A stretch of DNA of 64,000 bases. It comes from Heterodontus francisci (lineage: Eukaryota). The DNA is taken from contig NW_027140453.1 of the NCBI RefSeq assembly GCF_036365525.1, positions 558,001-622,000 on the forward strand, read 5' to 3'. Positions 11,251-23,639 of the stretch are shown piece after piece (within the stretch, counting starts at the first letter, position 1; each line of letters begins with the position of its first letter). Under the pieces are notes generated by a model, which worked only from the letters and a program-made list of their open reading frames with translations, was not told where the DNA came from and ran no database searches. The position numbers and the translations under genes are program-made.

Positions 11251-11359
11251 CCAACAGAAACACCTGTTTCAGATAAAAGCCTGCAGCTCTGTATCCTGTT
11301 CGGTTTATCTGTTGCAGTGTGAACATGTCTTCCACATGAAGACACAGAAAGATGTTCAA

Positions 11360-11855
11360 GGATGATATCAGAACTGAGAGGTGATAATGATCAGGAAAAG
11401 ACTGAACAGACTGGGGCTCTTTTCTCCAGAAAAGAGAAGGCTGAGGAGTGACCTGATAGAGCTCTTTAAGATTATGAAAGGGGTTTTGATCAGATAAATG
11501 TAGAGAAGATTTTTTCCATTTGCGGGCGCGTCCAGAAAAAGGGGGAGGGGTCATCAATATAAGACAGTCACCAATAAATCCAATTGGGAATTCGGGAGAA
11601 ACATCTTCACCCAGAGAGTGAGGAGAATGTGGAACTCATTACCACAGGCTGAGGGGAATAGGCAAGATGTATTTAAGCTGGGGGTGGCGGGGGGATGGGG
11701 GGTCGGGGGGGCGTGCTGCATAGGACATGAGGGAGAGAGGAACAGAAGGAGATGTGGCTGGGGGCGAGATGAAGAGGGCGTGGAACGACGTTCGTGTGGA
11801 CCAAAAAGGCCTGCATGGACGTGTCTGGCCGAATGCTCTGTTTCTGTGCTGTAAA
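11360..11855 (+). mobile_element. CR1 LINE 3' fragment
   Basis: LGLFSPEKRRLRSDLIELFKIM and FTQRVRRMWNSLP motifs. Confidence 0.8.
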
Positions 11856-11964
11856 TTCCCTGCAGCTGGAGCGAGGAGCAGGAACACCAACACTGTGGGA
11901 CTAGTCAGTGGAACTGGGGAACTGACTCCTGGGTGAGGAGCAGCTTTTCTTTGTGATCCTCATC

Positions 11965-12290
11965 TAAACCTGTCACAATCGTGTACACCTCTATCAGGTC
12001 TCCACTCAATCTCATTTTCTCCAGGTTTTCCAACCTAACCTTGTAATTAAAATCCCCTATCCCCGAAACCATTGTGGTAAATCTCCTCTACACCCTCTCA
12101 AGGAAACTCACCTCCTTCCTAAAGTGTGGTGAGCAGAACTGGATGCAATTGTCCAGTTGTGGCCTAACTAGAGCTTTATAAAGATTCAGCATAACTTCCC
12201 ATATTTTGTAGGCAGTGCCTCTATTTATGAAGCCCAAGATCTCACAGTTTTGCTCATCTCATATGTTTTGCTATTCCCATATTCTTTGCT
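11965..12290 (-). mobile_element. CR1 LINE fragment
   Basis: Reverse complement of the LVRPQLDNCIQFCSPHFRK...LERV region. Confidence 0.7.
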
Positions 12291-12384
12291 ACTGTTTCGA
12301 AGTACAGGCGCTGCTGTAATGCAGGAAGTGTGGCAGCCAGTTTCCACAAGGCAAGATCCCACGAACTGACAATGTGCAGATCCT

Positions 12385-12900
12385 GCTGAAGTTGTTTTTG
12401 TTTCTTTTGTTTTTTTCTCCTGCTGAAGTTGTTGTTGACTTTGTTGGTGTTTTTCCTGTTGAAGTTGTTGTTGCATTTGTTGCTGTTTTTCCTGCTGAGG
12501 TTGTTGTTGAAATTTTTGGTGTTTTTCCTGTTGAGGTTGTTGTTTTGAATTTGTTGTTGTTTACTCCTGCAGAAGTTGTTGTTGAATTTGTTGGTGTTTT
12601 TCTTGTTGTTGAATTTGTTGGTGCTTTTTCCTTGAGGTTGTTGTTGAATTTGTTGGTGTTTTTCTCCTGCTAAAGTTGTTGTTGACTTTGTTGGTGTTTT
12701 TCTCCTGTTGAAGTTGTTGTTGATTTTATTAGTACTTTATTTTTCTCCTGTTGAAGTTATTGCTGAGCTTGTTAGTGGGTTATTTTTCTGGTGCAGTTGT
12801 TTTTGTATTTTTTCCTGTTTGTCTCCTGCTAAAGTTGCTGTTGAATCTATTGGTGTTTTTTCTCGATGTTGTTGTTTTTCTCCTGAAGTTGTTGTTGAAT
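12385..12900 (-). repeat. CAA-rich degenerate tandem repeat (TTG on +); the same family occurs at 5855-6085, 7210-7520, 10250-10560 and 13620-14050
   Basis: Recurrent unit ~caacaacttcagcagg(g)aaaacaccaacaaattcaa. Confidence 0.8.
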
Positions 12901-13619
12901 TCCATATCATTTAATACCCTCACCTAACATCAATCTAGCAATCTCTGCTTTGGAATGTCTGATTAAACCCCTCAAACCCCCATCTGTAGAGCTTTTTGAG
13001 GGAGAGAGTTCCAGATTTTCACTTCCTGCTGTGTGAACCAGCGTTTCCTGACATCACTCCTAAACAGCCTCACCCCACCTTGCCCTGGACTCCCCCAGCA
13101 GAGGAAATTGTTTCTGTCCATTAACACCATCGAATCCTTTAATCGCCCTAAATATTTCAATGAGATCACCCTTTAATCTCCTATACTTAAGAGAATATGA
13201 CATTAGGCCATGCAAACTGTGAAGCTAATTTAACCCTTTTAGACCTGGTGTCATTACTTCCAAGGCTGAGACATCCTTCCTGAGTTTTGATGCACAGAAC
13301 TCAACATGGTTTCTCCAGAAGGGGACTAATCCGAGCTGCATACAACAGTAACACAACACCCAGCGCTTTCTATTCCAGCTCCCTTGAGGGAAAAGGGACA
13401 ATACTCTTTGTTGTAATAGTTACTTAATGTTTTAATTATTTGACCTGGAAACGAACCTGCAGAAAGGTTATTTCAATGAGCAGGAGTTCACTCTGTGGAA
13501 CAGGGTCCCAGGGAGACGCTGGAAGCAGATATTAGAGAGATTTCACTCAGGGATACACTGAGAGTGAAAGCTGAGTCATGAGGGGTGGTGAGTGTAACAT
13601 GTTCAGGAGGAACAGGGGA

Positions 13620-14050
13620 ATTCAACAACTACTTCAGGAGGGGGAAAAAGAACAACAAATACAACAACTTCAGGAGCAGAAAGACACCAACAAATTCAAC
13701 AACTTCTTCAGGAGAAATAAAAACAAACATCACAACAACTTCAACAGGAAAATTACACCAACAAATTCAACAACAACTTCAGGAAGCAATCACCAACAAA
13801 TCCTGCAACTTTAGGGGAAGGGGGGAGTAAAGAAAACAACTAATATTCTCACAACGTCAGCAGGGGAAACACCAACAACTTCACCAACAACTTTAGGGAA
13901 GTACATCAAGCAATGCAGCAGCAACTTCAGCTGGGGAAAGACACCAACAAGTTCAACAACAACTTCAGTGAAAAAAAGACAATAAATACAGCAACAACTT
14001 CAGCAGGGGAAAAACACTAACAAATTGAACAACATCAGAAGGGGGTAAAA
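13620..14050 (+). repeat. CAA-rich degenerate tandem repeat
   Basis: Same unit as 12385-12900, in the opposite orientation. Confidence 0.8.
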
Positions 14051-14099
14051 CACTGACAAATGGGGAAATTGCACAACTTGTTGAGGTTGATGGGAATTC

Positions 14100-15990
14100 G
14101 TTCACAAAAGCTCCGAGTATCAGACCTGCATGATGTAATCGTTGCAAACAAAGCCCATTTCAGCCTCAATGTGGAAAGGGGAGAGGGAGATTCATAAAAG
14201 GGGCTCAAAGATCTTCTACCAGCACGTAAATAGTAAGTGAGTAGTAAGAGGTAAAGAGGGGTCAAGTAAGGACGGAGAGTGTAATATGTGCTTTGAGGCA
14301 CAGGGCAAAGCTAATATACTTAATGAGAACTTTGTATCAGTGTTCACGAAGGAACTGGAGGCTGAAAATTATCTGCAGAAGCAGAGAGAGTAGAGGCAAT
14401 GGATAGGATAACAATTGAGAGCTGGTACTAAAAAGGCTGGCTATGCTTTGGGTGGATATGTCACCTGGTTCAGATAACTTGTATCCCAGTTTGCGAAAGG
14501 AAGTGGGGGGTAGAGATAGAAGAAGGGCTTGCCGTCATCTTCAAATCTTCCCTGGTTATGGGGGAGGTGCCAGAGGATGACAGAGTGGCAAATCCTTATT
14601 CAAGAAAGGGTGTAAGGACAGTCCGAGCAACTACAGGCCACTTAGTTTAACATCAGTTATGGGTAAGGTTCTAGAAACAATAATCAGAGAAAAATCAATA
14701 GACGGTTAGAGAGGTTCGAGTTTAATTAAGGATAGCCAGCATGGATTTTCAAAAGGCAGGACATTATTGACTAATCTAATTGAATTCTTTGATGAAGCGA
14801 CAGAGAAGGTCGATGGAGTGAATGTGGTGGATGTTGTATATGTGGATTTTAAGAAAGCGCTTGACAAGGTACCACATAAAAGGCTGGTTAACACAACTGA
14901 GGCTCATGGATGAGAGGGTCAGTGTTCAATTGGGTGAAAAAGTGCCGTCAGGACAGGAAACAGCGAATCGTAGTAAATGGTTGCTTTTTAGAATGAGGGA
15001 TGGTAGTCAGTGTTGTTCCCCCATGGGTCAGTGCTGGGACCACTGCTTTTTCTGCTATATATAAATGACTTGGATCTTGAAATACAGAGCAGAATCTCAA
15101 ACTTTGCTCTCCACACCAAACTTGGAGGTGCGGCAAACAGTGTGGATGATATGAACTGCCTGGATCAGGGCATAGATAGGCTAGCAGAATGGACAGAGAG
15201 GTGGTCAATGGAATTTCATACTGACAAGTGTGAGGTGATGCATTTTAGCAGAAGGAATAGGGAGATGCAATATATACTTAATGGCACAGTTGTAAAGATT
15301 GTGCAGGGACAGAGGGACCTGGGGGTGTATGTGCACACATCTTTGAAGGTGGCAGGACATCGTGAGAGAGTGGTTAGGAAAGCAGGTGGGATCTTGGGCT
15401 TCATAAATAAAGACATAGGGCACAAAAGCAGTGAAGCCATTGTGAACATTCTAAAGCTCTGGTTCGTCCCCAAATGGAGAGTTGTGTTCAGTTCTGGTCA
15501 CCACACTTCAGGAAAGATATGAGGGTCCTTGAGAGGGTGCAGAGAAGGTTTACCAGAATGGTTCCAATGATGGGGGACTTTAGTTGCAAGGTTAGGTTGG
15601 AAAAACTGGGTTTGTTCTCCTTAGAACAAAGGTGGTTTGACAGAAATGTACAAGATTATGACAGACTTAGATAACTCAGACAAGAAAAAACGGTTCCCAT
15701 TAACTAATGGTACAATAGGGAGGTTGTAGGTTTGGGTTAGAGATGCAGGGGAATATGAGGAAGAACTTTTTTGGCACTGCGGGTGTTAATGACCTGGGAC
15801 TCGCTGCCCACAGGGTGGTGAAAGCGAAGATGATCAATGACTTCAAGAGGAAGTTGGATTTCCACCTGAGAGAAATAGACTTGCAGGGCTACAGGGATCG
15901 AGCTTGGGGAGTGGACTTACTTCACAGCACCGTGGACAGCCAGCATGAACTCGATGGTCCGAATGGTCTTCTTCAGTGCCGTAAATGGCT
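14100..15990 (+). mobile_element. CR1 LINE, 3' half, many frameshifts
   Basis: NYRPLSLTSV, QHGF, GSVLGPLLFLLYINDLD and QFWSPHFRKD...LERVQRRFTRM motifs, plus a CR1 3' UTR. Confidence 0.9.
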
Positions 15991-16861
15991 CGATGCCTCC
16001 TTTAAAAGAAGCAACCCTTGACTCTTCTGTCCTTACAAAATACTGTCCCATCTCCAACATCCCTTTCCTCTCCGAAATCCTGGAACAAGCTGTGCCCATC
16101 TTTCCCAGAATTCCATGTTTGAATCCATCAGCCCCTTGCTATGGTTCTGATATTAATCCCAGCCATATCAGTAATGGGTCAGTATTTGACAATAGCCTAT
16201 CAATAACTCCCTCAGATATACAGACTAATGCTTCGAGAAATACACCCTTGCCAATGTTTGACTTGAAATTTAAATACAGAGCCCATCGCAGTCCCATCAC
16301 TGTCCCAATGTTAGGGTGTGACCAGCAGTCAGTGTCTGGTCCATTGATAGCTGGGCAGAGGCTTCACAATGTCACGTTTCCTGGTTACACAGCGACTCTC
16401 ACAGCTCTCTCCCTCTCTCTCTCTCTCTCTGGCTGTCTTCACTCTTGTTTGCCTATGTACCTGAATATGTACCGGTGCCTTTTCAGGAGATCCTATCTGT
16501 GCCTCTGATCGAAACAGTCCATTGTCCTCAGTCTGTGAGACTCATCTGACAAGCACGACATCAGTACTGGGTCAAATTGTGGCAATGTGCTCTGTATCCT
16601 CTCAGATTAATGGACACTGAGTATCCGACAGAAAATATTCACAGGATAAATACCTCCCATATCAGTAATGTGTCAGTATTGAGCAATAGGCTGTTTATAT
16701 TAGATCATAAATGGACACTGAGTGTCCCAGACAGATCATTCTCATGATAAGTTGCTTCAATATGTCAGCAACAGTCCAGGACCCCAAACTCTCCTTCCAG
16801 GTGAAACAGCGATTCACTTGGACTTTCAATATCAAATAGAAAGAGGGAGTTATTGACAGGC

Positions 16862-17368
16862 TATTTTATATCGTCCCTCACGACCACCTGCCAAAGTGCT
16901 TTACAGCCAATGAAATGCTTGTTTTGCTGCAGTGTAGTCACTGTTGTAATGTAAGAATCATGGCAGCTGATTTGTGCACAGCAAGCTCCCACAAACAGCA
17001 ATGTGAGAATGACCAGGTAATCTGTTTTAATGACGTTGATGGAGGGATAATTATTGGCCAGGACACCAGGGAGAACTCCCCTGTGTTTCTTCAAAATAGT
17101 CCAATGGGATCGTTTATATCCACGGGAGTAAGAGGATGGAGTCTCTGTTTAATGTGACATCTGAAAGAGGGCATCCTGACAGTGCAGCACTCACTCAGTA
17201 CTGCCGCTCTGACAGTGCAGCACTCACTCAGTACAGACCCTCTGACAGTGCAGCACTCCCTCAGTACTGCCCCTCTGAAAGTGCAGCGCTCCCTCAGTAC
17301 TGACGCTCCGACAATGTAACATTCCCTCAGTACTGACCTTCCAACAGTGCAGCACTCCCTCAGTACTG
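16862..17368 (-). mobile_element. Deu-domain SINE (SacSINE1/AmnSINE-like) with an internal ~32-bp tandem expansion (17177-17368)
   Basis: The minus strand carries ggggagttctccctggtgtcctggccaat...ttgctgtttgtgggagcttgctgtgcac...ttggctgtaaagcactttg, typical of DeuSINEs. It includes ~6 copies of tgacagtgcagcactccctcagtactg. Confidence 0.8.
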
Positions 17369-18170
17369 AAAATAACTTTCCTTTCAGTGCAGCAGCTTTT
17401 TCGGGAGCAGAGTGTGAGCGAGTGAGCAGCTGGGAAAGTCAGTTTGAAAGTAAATTTAAAATCCTTTTGTTTTTCGGCGGAGGCCGGGGGCTGCTGGGTA
17501 AGTAAAACACTATATATTTGGGCGGTTTAAAATAACTTTCCTTTCAGTGCAGCAGCTTTTTCGGGAGCAGAGTGTGAGCGAGTGAGCAGCTGGGAAAGTC
17601 AGTTTGAAAGTAAATTTAATTTCCTTTTGTTTTTCGGCGGAGGCCAGGGGGCTGCTGGGTAAGTAAAACACTATATATTTGGGCGGTTTAAAATAACTTT
17701 CCTTTCAGTGCAGCAGCTTTTTCGGGAGCAGAGTGTGAGCGAGTGAGCAGCTGGGAAGGTCAGTTTGAAAGTAAATTTAAAATCCTTTTGTTTTTCGGCG
17801 GAGGCCAGGGGGCTGCTGGGTAAGTAAAACCCTATATATTTGGGCGGTTTAAAATAACTTTCCTTTCAGTGCAGCAGCTTTTTCGGGAGCAGAGTGTGAG
17901 CGAGTGAGCAGCTGGGAAAGTCAGTTTGAAAGTAAATTTAAAATCCTTTTGTTTTTCGGCGGAGGCCGGGGGCTGCTGGGTAAGTAAAACACTATATATT
18001 TGGGCGGTTTAAAATAACTTTCCTTTCAGTGCAGCAGCTTTTTCGGGAGCAGAGTGTGAGCGAGTGAGCAGCTGGGAAAGTCAGTTTGAAAGTAAATTTA
18101 ATTTCCTTTTGTTTTTCGGCGGAGGCCAGGGGGCTGCTGGGTAAGTAAAACACTATATATTTGGGCGGTT
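17369..18170 (+). repeat. Five near-identical ~160-bp tandem monomers in the CR1 5' UTR
   Basis: Units start at 17369, 17529, 17690, 17851 and 18011. Confidence 0.95.
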
Positions 18171-21100
18171 TCTGAACCCGAGATACCACACTTGTAGTGT
18201 CTCCCACCCGCCCTCCTCCTCTAACCAAAAAAAAAGGACTCGGTGGGGTGTTTATAAGGTAAGGCTTTTTCGATTTCTCTGGTTTTATTGTGATTGGTAA
18301 AAACTTTTCGTTTCTTTTTCATTTAACTAAGTTTAAACTTAAGATTAAAAATGGCAGGAGATCTCAGACCCGTATCATGCTCCTCTTGCTCAATGTGGGA
18401 GCTCAGGGACATGGCTGATGACCCTGACTCCTTCACGTGCAGGATGTGTGTCCAGCTGCAGCTCTTGTTAGACCGCATGACGGCTCTCGAGCTGCGGATG
18501 GACTCACTTTGGAGCATGCGCGATGCTGAGGAGGTCGTGGATAGCACGTTTAGTGAATTGGTCACACCGCAGATTAGGATTGCTGAGGGAGAAAGGGAAT
18601 GGGTGACCAAAAGGCAGAGAAAGAGCAGGAAGGCAGCTCAGGAGTCCCCTGCGGTCATCTCCCTCCAAAACAAGTATACCGTTTTGGATACTGTTGAGGG
18701 AGATGGCTCACCAGGGGAAGGCAGCAGTAGCCAGGTCCATGGCACCGTGGCTGGCTCTGCTGTTCAGAAGGGCGGGAAAAAGAGTGGAAGGGCTATAGTC
18801 GTAGGGGATTCGATTGTAAGGGGAGTAGATAGGCGGTTCTGTGGTCGAAAACGAGGCTCCCGAATGGTATGTTGCCTCCCAGGTGCACGGGTTAGGGACG
18901 TCTCAGATCGGCTGCAGAACATTCTAAAGGGGGAGGGTGAACAGCCAGTTGTCATTGTGCACATCGGCACTAATGATATAGGTAAAAAACGGGATGAGGT
19001 CCTATAAGCAGAGTTTAGGGAGTTAGGAGCCAAGTTAAAAAGTAGGACCTCAGAGGTAGTAATCTCAGGATTACTACCAGTGCCACGTGATCGTCAGAGT
19101 AAAAATGAAGGAATAGTCAGGATGAATGCGTGGCTTGAGAGATGGTGCAGGAAGGAGGGGTTCAGATTTTTGGGACATTGGGACCAGTTCTGGGGGAGGT
19201 GGGACTATTACAAATTGGACGGTCTACACCTGGGCCGGACTGGAACCAATGTCCTTGGAGGTGCTTTTGCTAACGCTGTTGGGGAGGGTTTAAACTAATG
19301 TGGCAGGGGGATGGGAACCAATTGAGGTCAGTTGACAGTAAGGAGGTAGTAACAAAAGCCTGTAAGGAACTAGATAATGAAGTCAGTGTGACTAAGGGGA
19401 AGAGCAGGCAGGGAGCAGATGATGAATATAAAGGGACTGGTGGTCTGAGGTGCATTTGTTTTAATGCAAGAAGTGTAGTAGGTAAGGCAGATGAACTTAG
19501 GGCTTGGATTAGTACCTGGGAGTATGATGTTATTGCTATTACTGAGACTTGGTTGAGGGAAGGGCATGATTGGCAACTAAATATCCCAGGATATCGATGC
19601 TTCAGGCGGGATAGAGAGGGAGGTAAAAGGGGTGGAGGAGTTGCATTACTGGTCAAAGAGGATATCACAGCTGTGCTGAAGGAGGGCACTATGGAGGACT
19701 CGAGCAGTGAGGCAATATAGACAGAACTCAGAAATAGGAAGGGTGCGGTAACAATGTTGGGGCTGTACTACAGGCCTCCCAACAGCGAGCGTGAGATAGA
19801 GGTACAAATATGTAAACAGATTATGGAAAGATGTAGGAGCAACAGGGTGGTGGTGATAGGAGATTTTAATTTTCCCAACATTGACTGGGATTCGCTTAGT
19901 GTTAGAGGTCCAGATGGAGCAGAATTTGTAAGGAGCATCCAGGAGGGTTTTCTAGAGCAGTATGTAAATAGTCCAACTCGGGAAGGGGCCATACTGGACC
20001 TGGTGTTGGGGAATGAGCCCGGCCAGGTTGTTGAAGTTTCAGTAGGGGACTACTTTGGGAATAGTGATCACAATTCCGTAAGCTTTAAAATACTCATGGA
20101 CAAAGACGAGAGTGGTCCTAAAGGAAGAGTGCTAAATTGGGGGAAGGCCAACTATACCAAAATTCGGCAGGAGCTGGGAAATGTAGATTGGGAGCAGCTG
20201 TTTGAAGGTAAATCCACATGTGATATGTGGGAGGCTTTTAAAGAGAGGTTGATTAGCGTGCAGGAGAGACATGTTCCTGTGAAAATGAGGGATAGAAATG
20301 GCAAGATTAGGGAACCATGGATGACAGGTGAAATTGTGAGACTAGCTAAGAGGAAAAAGGAAGCATACATAAGGTCTCGGCGGCTGATGAAAGACGAAGC
20401 TTTGAAAGAATATCGGGAATGTAGGACCAATCTGAAACGAGGAATTAAGAGGGCTAAAAGGGGTCATGAAATATCTTTAGCAAACAGGGTTAAGGAAAAT
20501 CCCAAAGCCTTTTATTCATATATAAGGAGAAAGAGGGTAACTAGAGAAAGGATTGGCCCACTAAAGGACAAAGGAGGAATGTTATGCTTGGACTCAGAGA
20601 AAATGGGTGAGATTCTAAACGAGTACTTTGCATCGGTATTCACCGAGGAGAGGGACATGACGGATGTTGAGGTTAGGAACAGATGTTTGATTACTCTAGG
20701 TCAAGTCGGCATAAGGAGGGAGGAAGTGTTGGGTATTCTAAAGGGCATTAAGGTGGACAAGTCCCCAGGTCCGGATGGGATCTATCCCAGGTTACTGAGG
20801 GAAGCGAGAGAGGAAATAGCTGGGGCCTTAACAGATATCTTTGCAGCATCCTTAAACACGGGTGAGGTCCCGGAGGACTGGAGAATTGCTAATATTGTCC
20901 CCTTGTTTAAGAAGGGTAGCAGGGATAATCCAGGTAATTATAGACCGGTGAGCCTGACGTCAGTGGTAGGGAAGATGCTGGAGAAGATACTGAGGGATAG
21001 GATCTATTCCCATTTGGAAGAAAATGGGCTCATCAGTGATAGGCAACATGGTTTTGTGCAGGGAAGGTCATGTCTTACCAACTTAATAGAATTCTTTGAG

Positions 21101-21206
21101 GAAGTGACAAAGTTGATTGATGAGGGAAGGGCTGTCGATGTCATATACATGGACTTCAGTAAGGCGTTTGATAAGGTTCCCCATGGCAGGCTGATGGAGA
21201 AAGTGA
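17369..21206 (+). mobile_element. CR1 LINE with intact 5' end: 5' UTR tandem monomers, ORF1 and ORF2 up to RT; 3'-truncated
   Basis: ORF1 (18351-19298) has a CxxC..CxxC zinc finger/coiled coil and SGNH esterase motifs (GDSIVRG, PGARV, HIGTND, DGLHL), with a premature TAA at 19005-19007. ORF2 has APE motifs (NARS, ITETW, GDFN, SDH) and RT motifs (NYRPVSLTS, QHGF, DFSKAFDKV), with a premature TAG at 19718-19720. Confidence 0.96.
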
Positions 21207-22283
21207 TAGCTGATGGAGAAAGTGATGGAGAAAGTGAAAGAGAAAGGAATAGCTTGATGGATGTTTAAAATAGAGGCTATTGCCTCTGGATCTCTCCTGA
21301 TGTTTCCATCTCCATACCTATCTCCTATATGTTTGTGCACACAGCAGTGAAGGATTACATCAAATTCATATATCTTACATTCTCCCTTTCAATCCACCCC
21401 AACAATCTCTCTCTCTCTCTCCAACCCTGTCCCTCTCTACTGCCCGCTCTCTGTCTGCATATCTAACCCTCTCTCCCTCTGTCTCACTCCTAGTGTCAGA
21501 GAGAGCAGGAGGAAGAGACGGAGAGAGGAAGACAGAGAGAGAATTTAGAAGGAACTGTACTCTGTTCCTAAGCTGAACCTGCACTCGGAGTGTTTGAGGG
21601 GCTACATTAATCGGCCGTGTACAGTCCTTTATCTGGCTGTGAAGAAGCAGAGCATGTTCAGGACTCAACGGGTCAAAGGGAACGATTCACTCCTGTCTGC
21701 TACGGGAAAGAGAGACTGACCTTAACATCAATGCCGCGTTTGACCGAGTGTGACAGCGAGGAGACCGAGTAAAACTGAAGTCAGTGGGAATCTGCTGGTT
21801 GGAATTATACTGAGCACAAAGGAAGATGGTTGTGGTTGTTGGAGGTCAATCATCTCAGTTCCAGGACATCACTGCAGGAAAATAGAGACAAGATAGATGA
21901 AAACTTTCTGTCTGTCAGAAAAAGTGAAATGGTCAAACAATGTTGTTATTGGAGAGGTCTGGCCTCCATCTGATTCCATTCAGACAGACAGACAGATATC
22001 AATATAAATGAAGACATATATTTGCCTGGGTTACAGATGGAAGACTGAACATTCCCTTCGGTCTTGTTACTAGCTATCAGCAGCTGTGTACAATTTCTAA
22101 TTGCACTGGTTTGATGTGGGTAATATTTATGTTTGTAAGGATGGGGTGAATCTTATAACAATCTCCCCGAGATGAAGTGGGATTGAGGGATTGGAGTAAA
22201 GGTCAGTAACAGTGCAATGCACTTTACACGACTGAGTAACAAACATTGTTGTGTTAAAGTTTAATAAATCACACTTGTGTTGC

Positions 22284-23217
22284 AAAGAACAAATAAAGAA
22301 CAAAGAACAAAGAACAGTACAGCACAGGAACAGGCCATTCGGCCCTCCAAGCCTGCGCCGAACTAGATGCCTGCCGAAACTAACATCTTCTGCACTTCCG
22401 GGGCCCATATCCCTCTATTCCCTTCCTATTCATATATTTGTCAAGATTTCTCTTAAATGTCACTATCGTATCTGCTTCCACCACCTCCCCTGGCAGCAAG
22501 TTCCAGGCACTCACCACCCTCTGTGTAAAACATTTGCCTCGCACATCCCCTCTAAACTTTGCCCCTCGCACCTTAAACCTATGTCCCCTAGTAACTGACT
22601 CTTCCACCCTGGGAAAAAGCTTCTGACTATCCACTCTGTCCATGCCGCTCATAACTTTGTAAACCTCTATCATGTCGCCCCTCCACCTCCATCGTTCCAG
22701 TGAAAATAATCCGAGTTTTTCCAACCTGTCCTCTAGCTAATGCCCTCCAGACCAGGCAACATCCTGGTAAACCTTCTCTGTACCTTCTCCAAAGCCTCCA
22801 CGTCGTTCTGGTAGTGTGGCGACCAGAATTTCATTCAGTATTCTCAGTGTGGCCTAACTAAGGTTCTATACAGCTGCAACATGACTTGCCAATTTTTATA
22901 CTCTATGCCCCGACTGATGAAGGCAAGCATGCCGTCTGCCTTCTTGACTACCTTATCCACCTGCGTTGCCACTTTCAGTGACCTGTGGACCTGTACGCCC
23001 AGATCTCTCTGCCTGTCAATACTCCAAAGGGTTCTGCCATTTACTGTATACCTCCCACCTGCATTAGACCTTCCAAAATACATTACCTCACATTTGTCCG
23101 GATTAAACTCCATCTGCTATTTCTCCACCCATGTCTGCAACCGATCTATGTCCTGCTGTATCCTTTGACAATCCTCATTATTATCCGCAACTCCACCAAC
23201 CTTTGTGTCGTCCGCAA
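22284..23217 (-). mobile_element. CR1 LINE 3' ~0.9 kb
   Basis: ADDTKVGG, MEFNPDKCEVM, LVRPH and FTQRVVSAWN motifs; (gttcttt)n tail at 22284-22315. Confidence 0.93.
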
Positions 23218-23639
23218 TTGCTGATATATATTTTTTAATGATATGGATTGTTTTTCTCACAGGATTTTCGATTGTAATTTCCTTTATTTTGGCTGATGTA
23301 TAGAATATAAGGGCAGGGAGGTTATGCTGGAACTGCATAAAACACTAGTTAGACCACAGCTAGAGAACTGTGTACAGTTCGGGTCAGCACATTACAGGAA
23401 GGATGTGATCACACTAGCGAGGGTACAGAGTAGATTTACAAGGGATGTTGTCAGGAATGGAGAATTTTAGCTATGAGGAAAGATTGGACAGGCTGGTGTT
23501 GTTTTCTTTGAAACAGAGGAGGCTGAGGGGAGATTTAATGGAGGTGTGTAAAATGATGATGGGCCCAGATTGAGTGGATCGGAAGGACCGATGGAGAATA
23601 ACCCAAGCTCTCCAAGACATCCATATACCTGAAGGAACT

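Noticed and set aside
11891-11940. Possible J segment (cactgtg, then GLVSGTGELTP and a gtgagg donor)
   Set aside because: No nonamer at 12 or 23 nt spacing and no FGxG motif.
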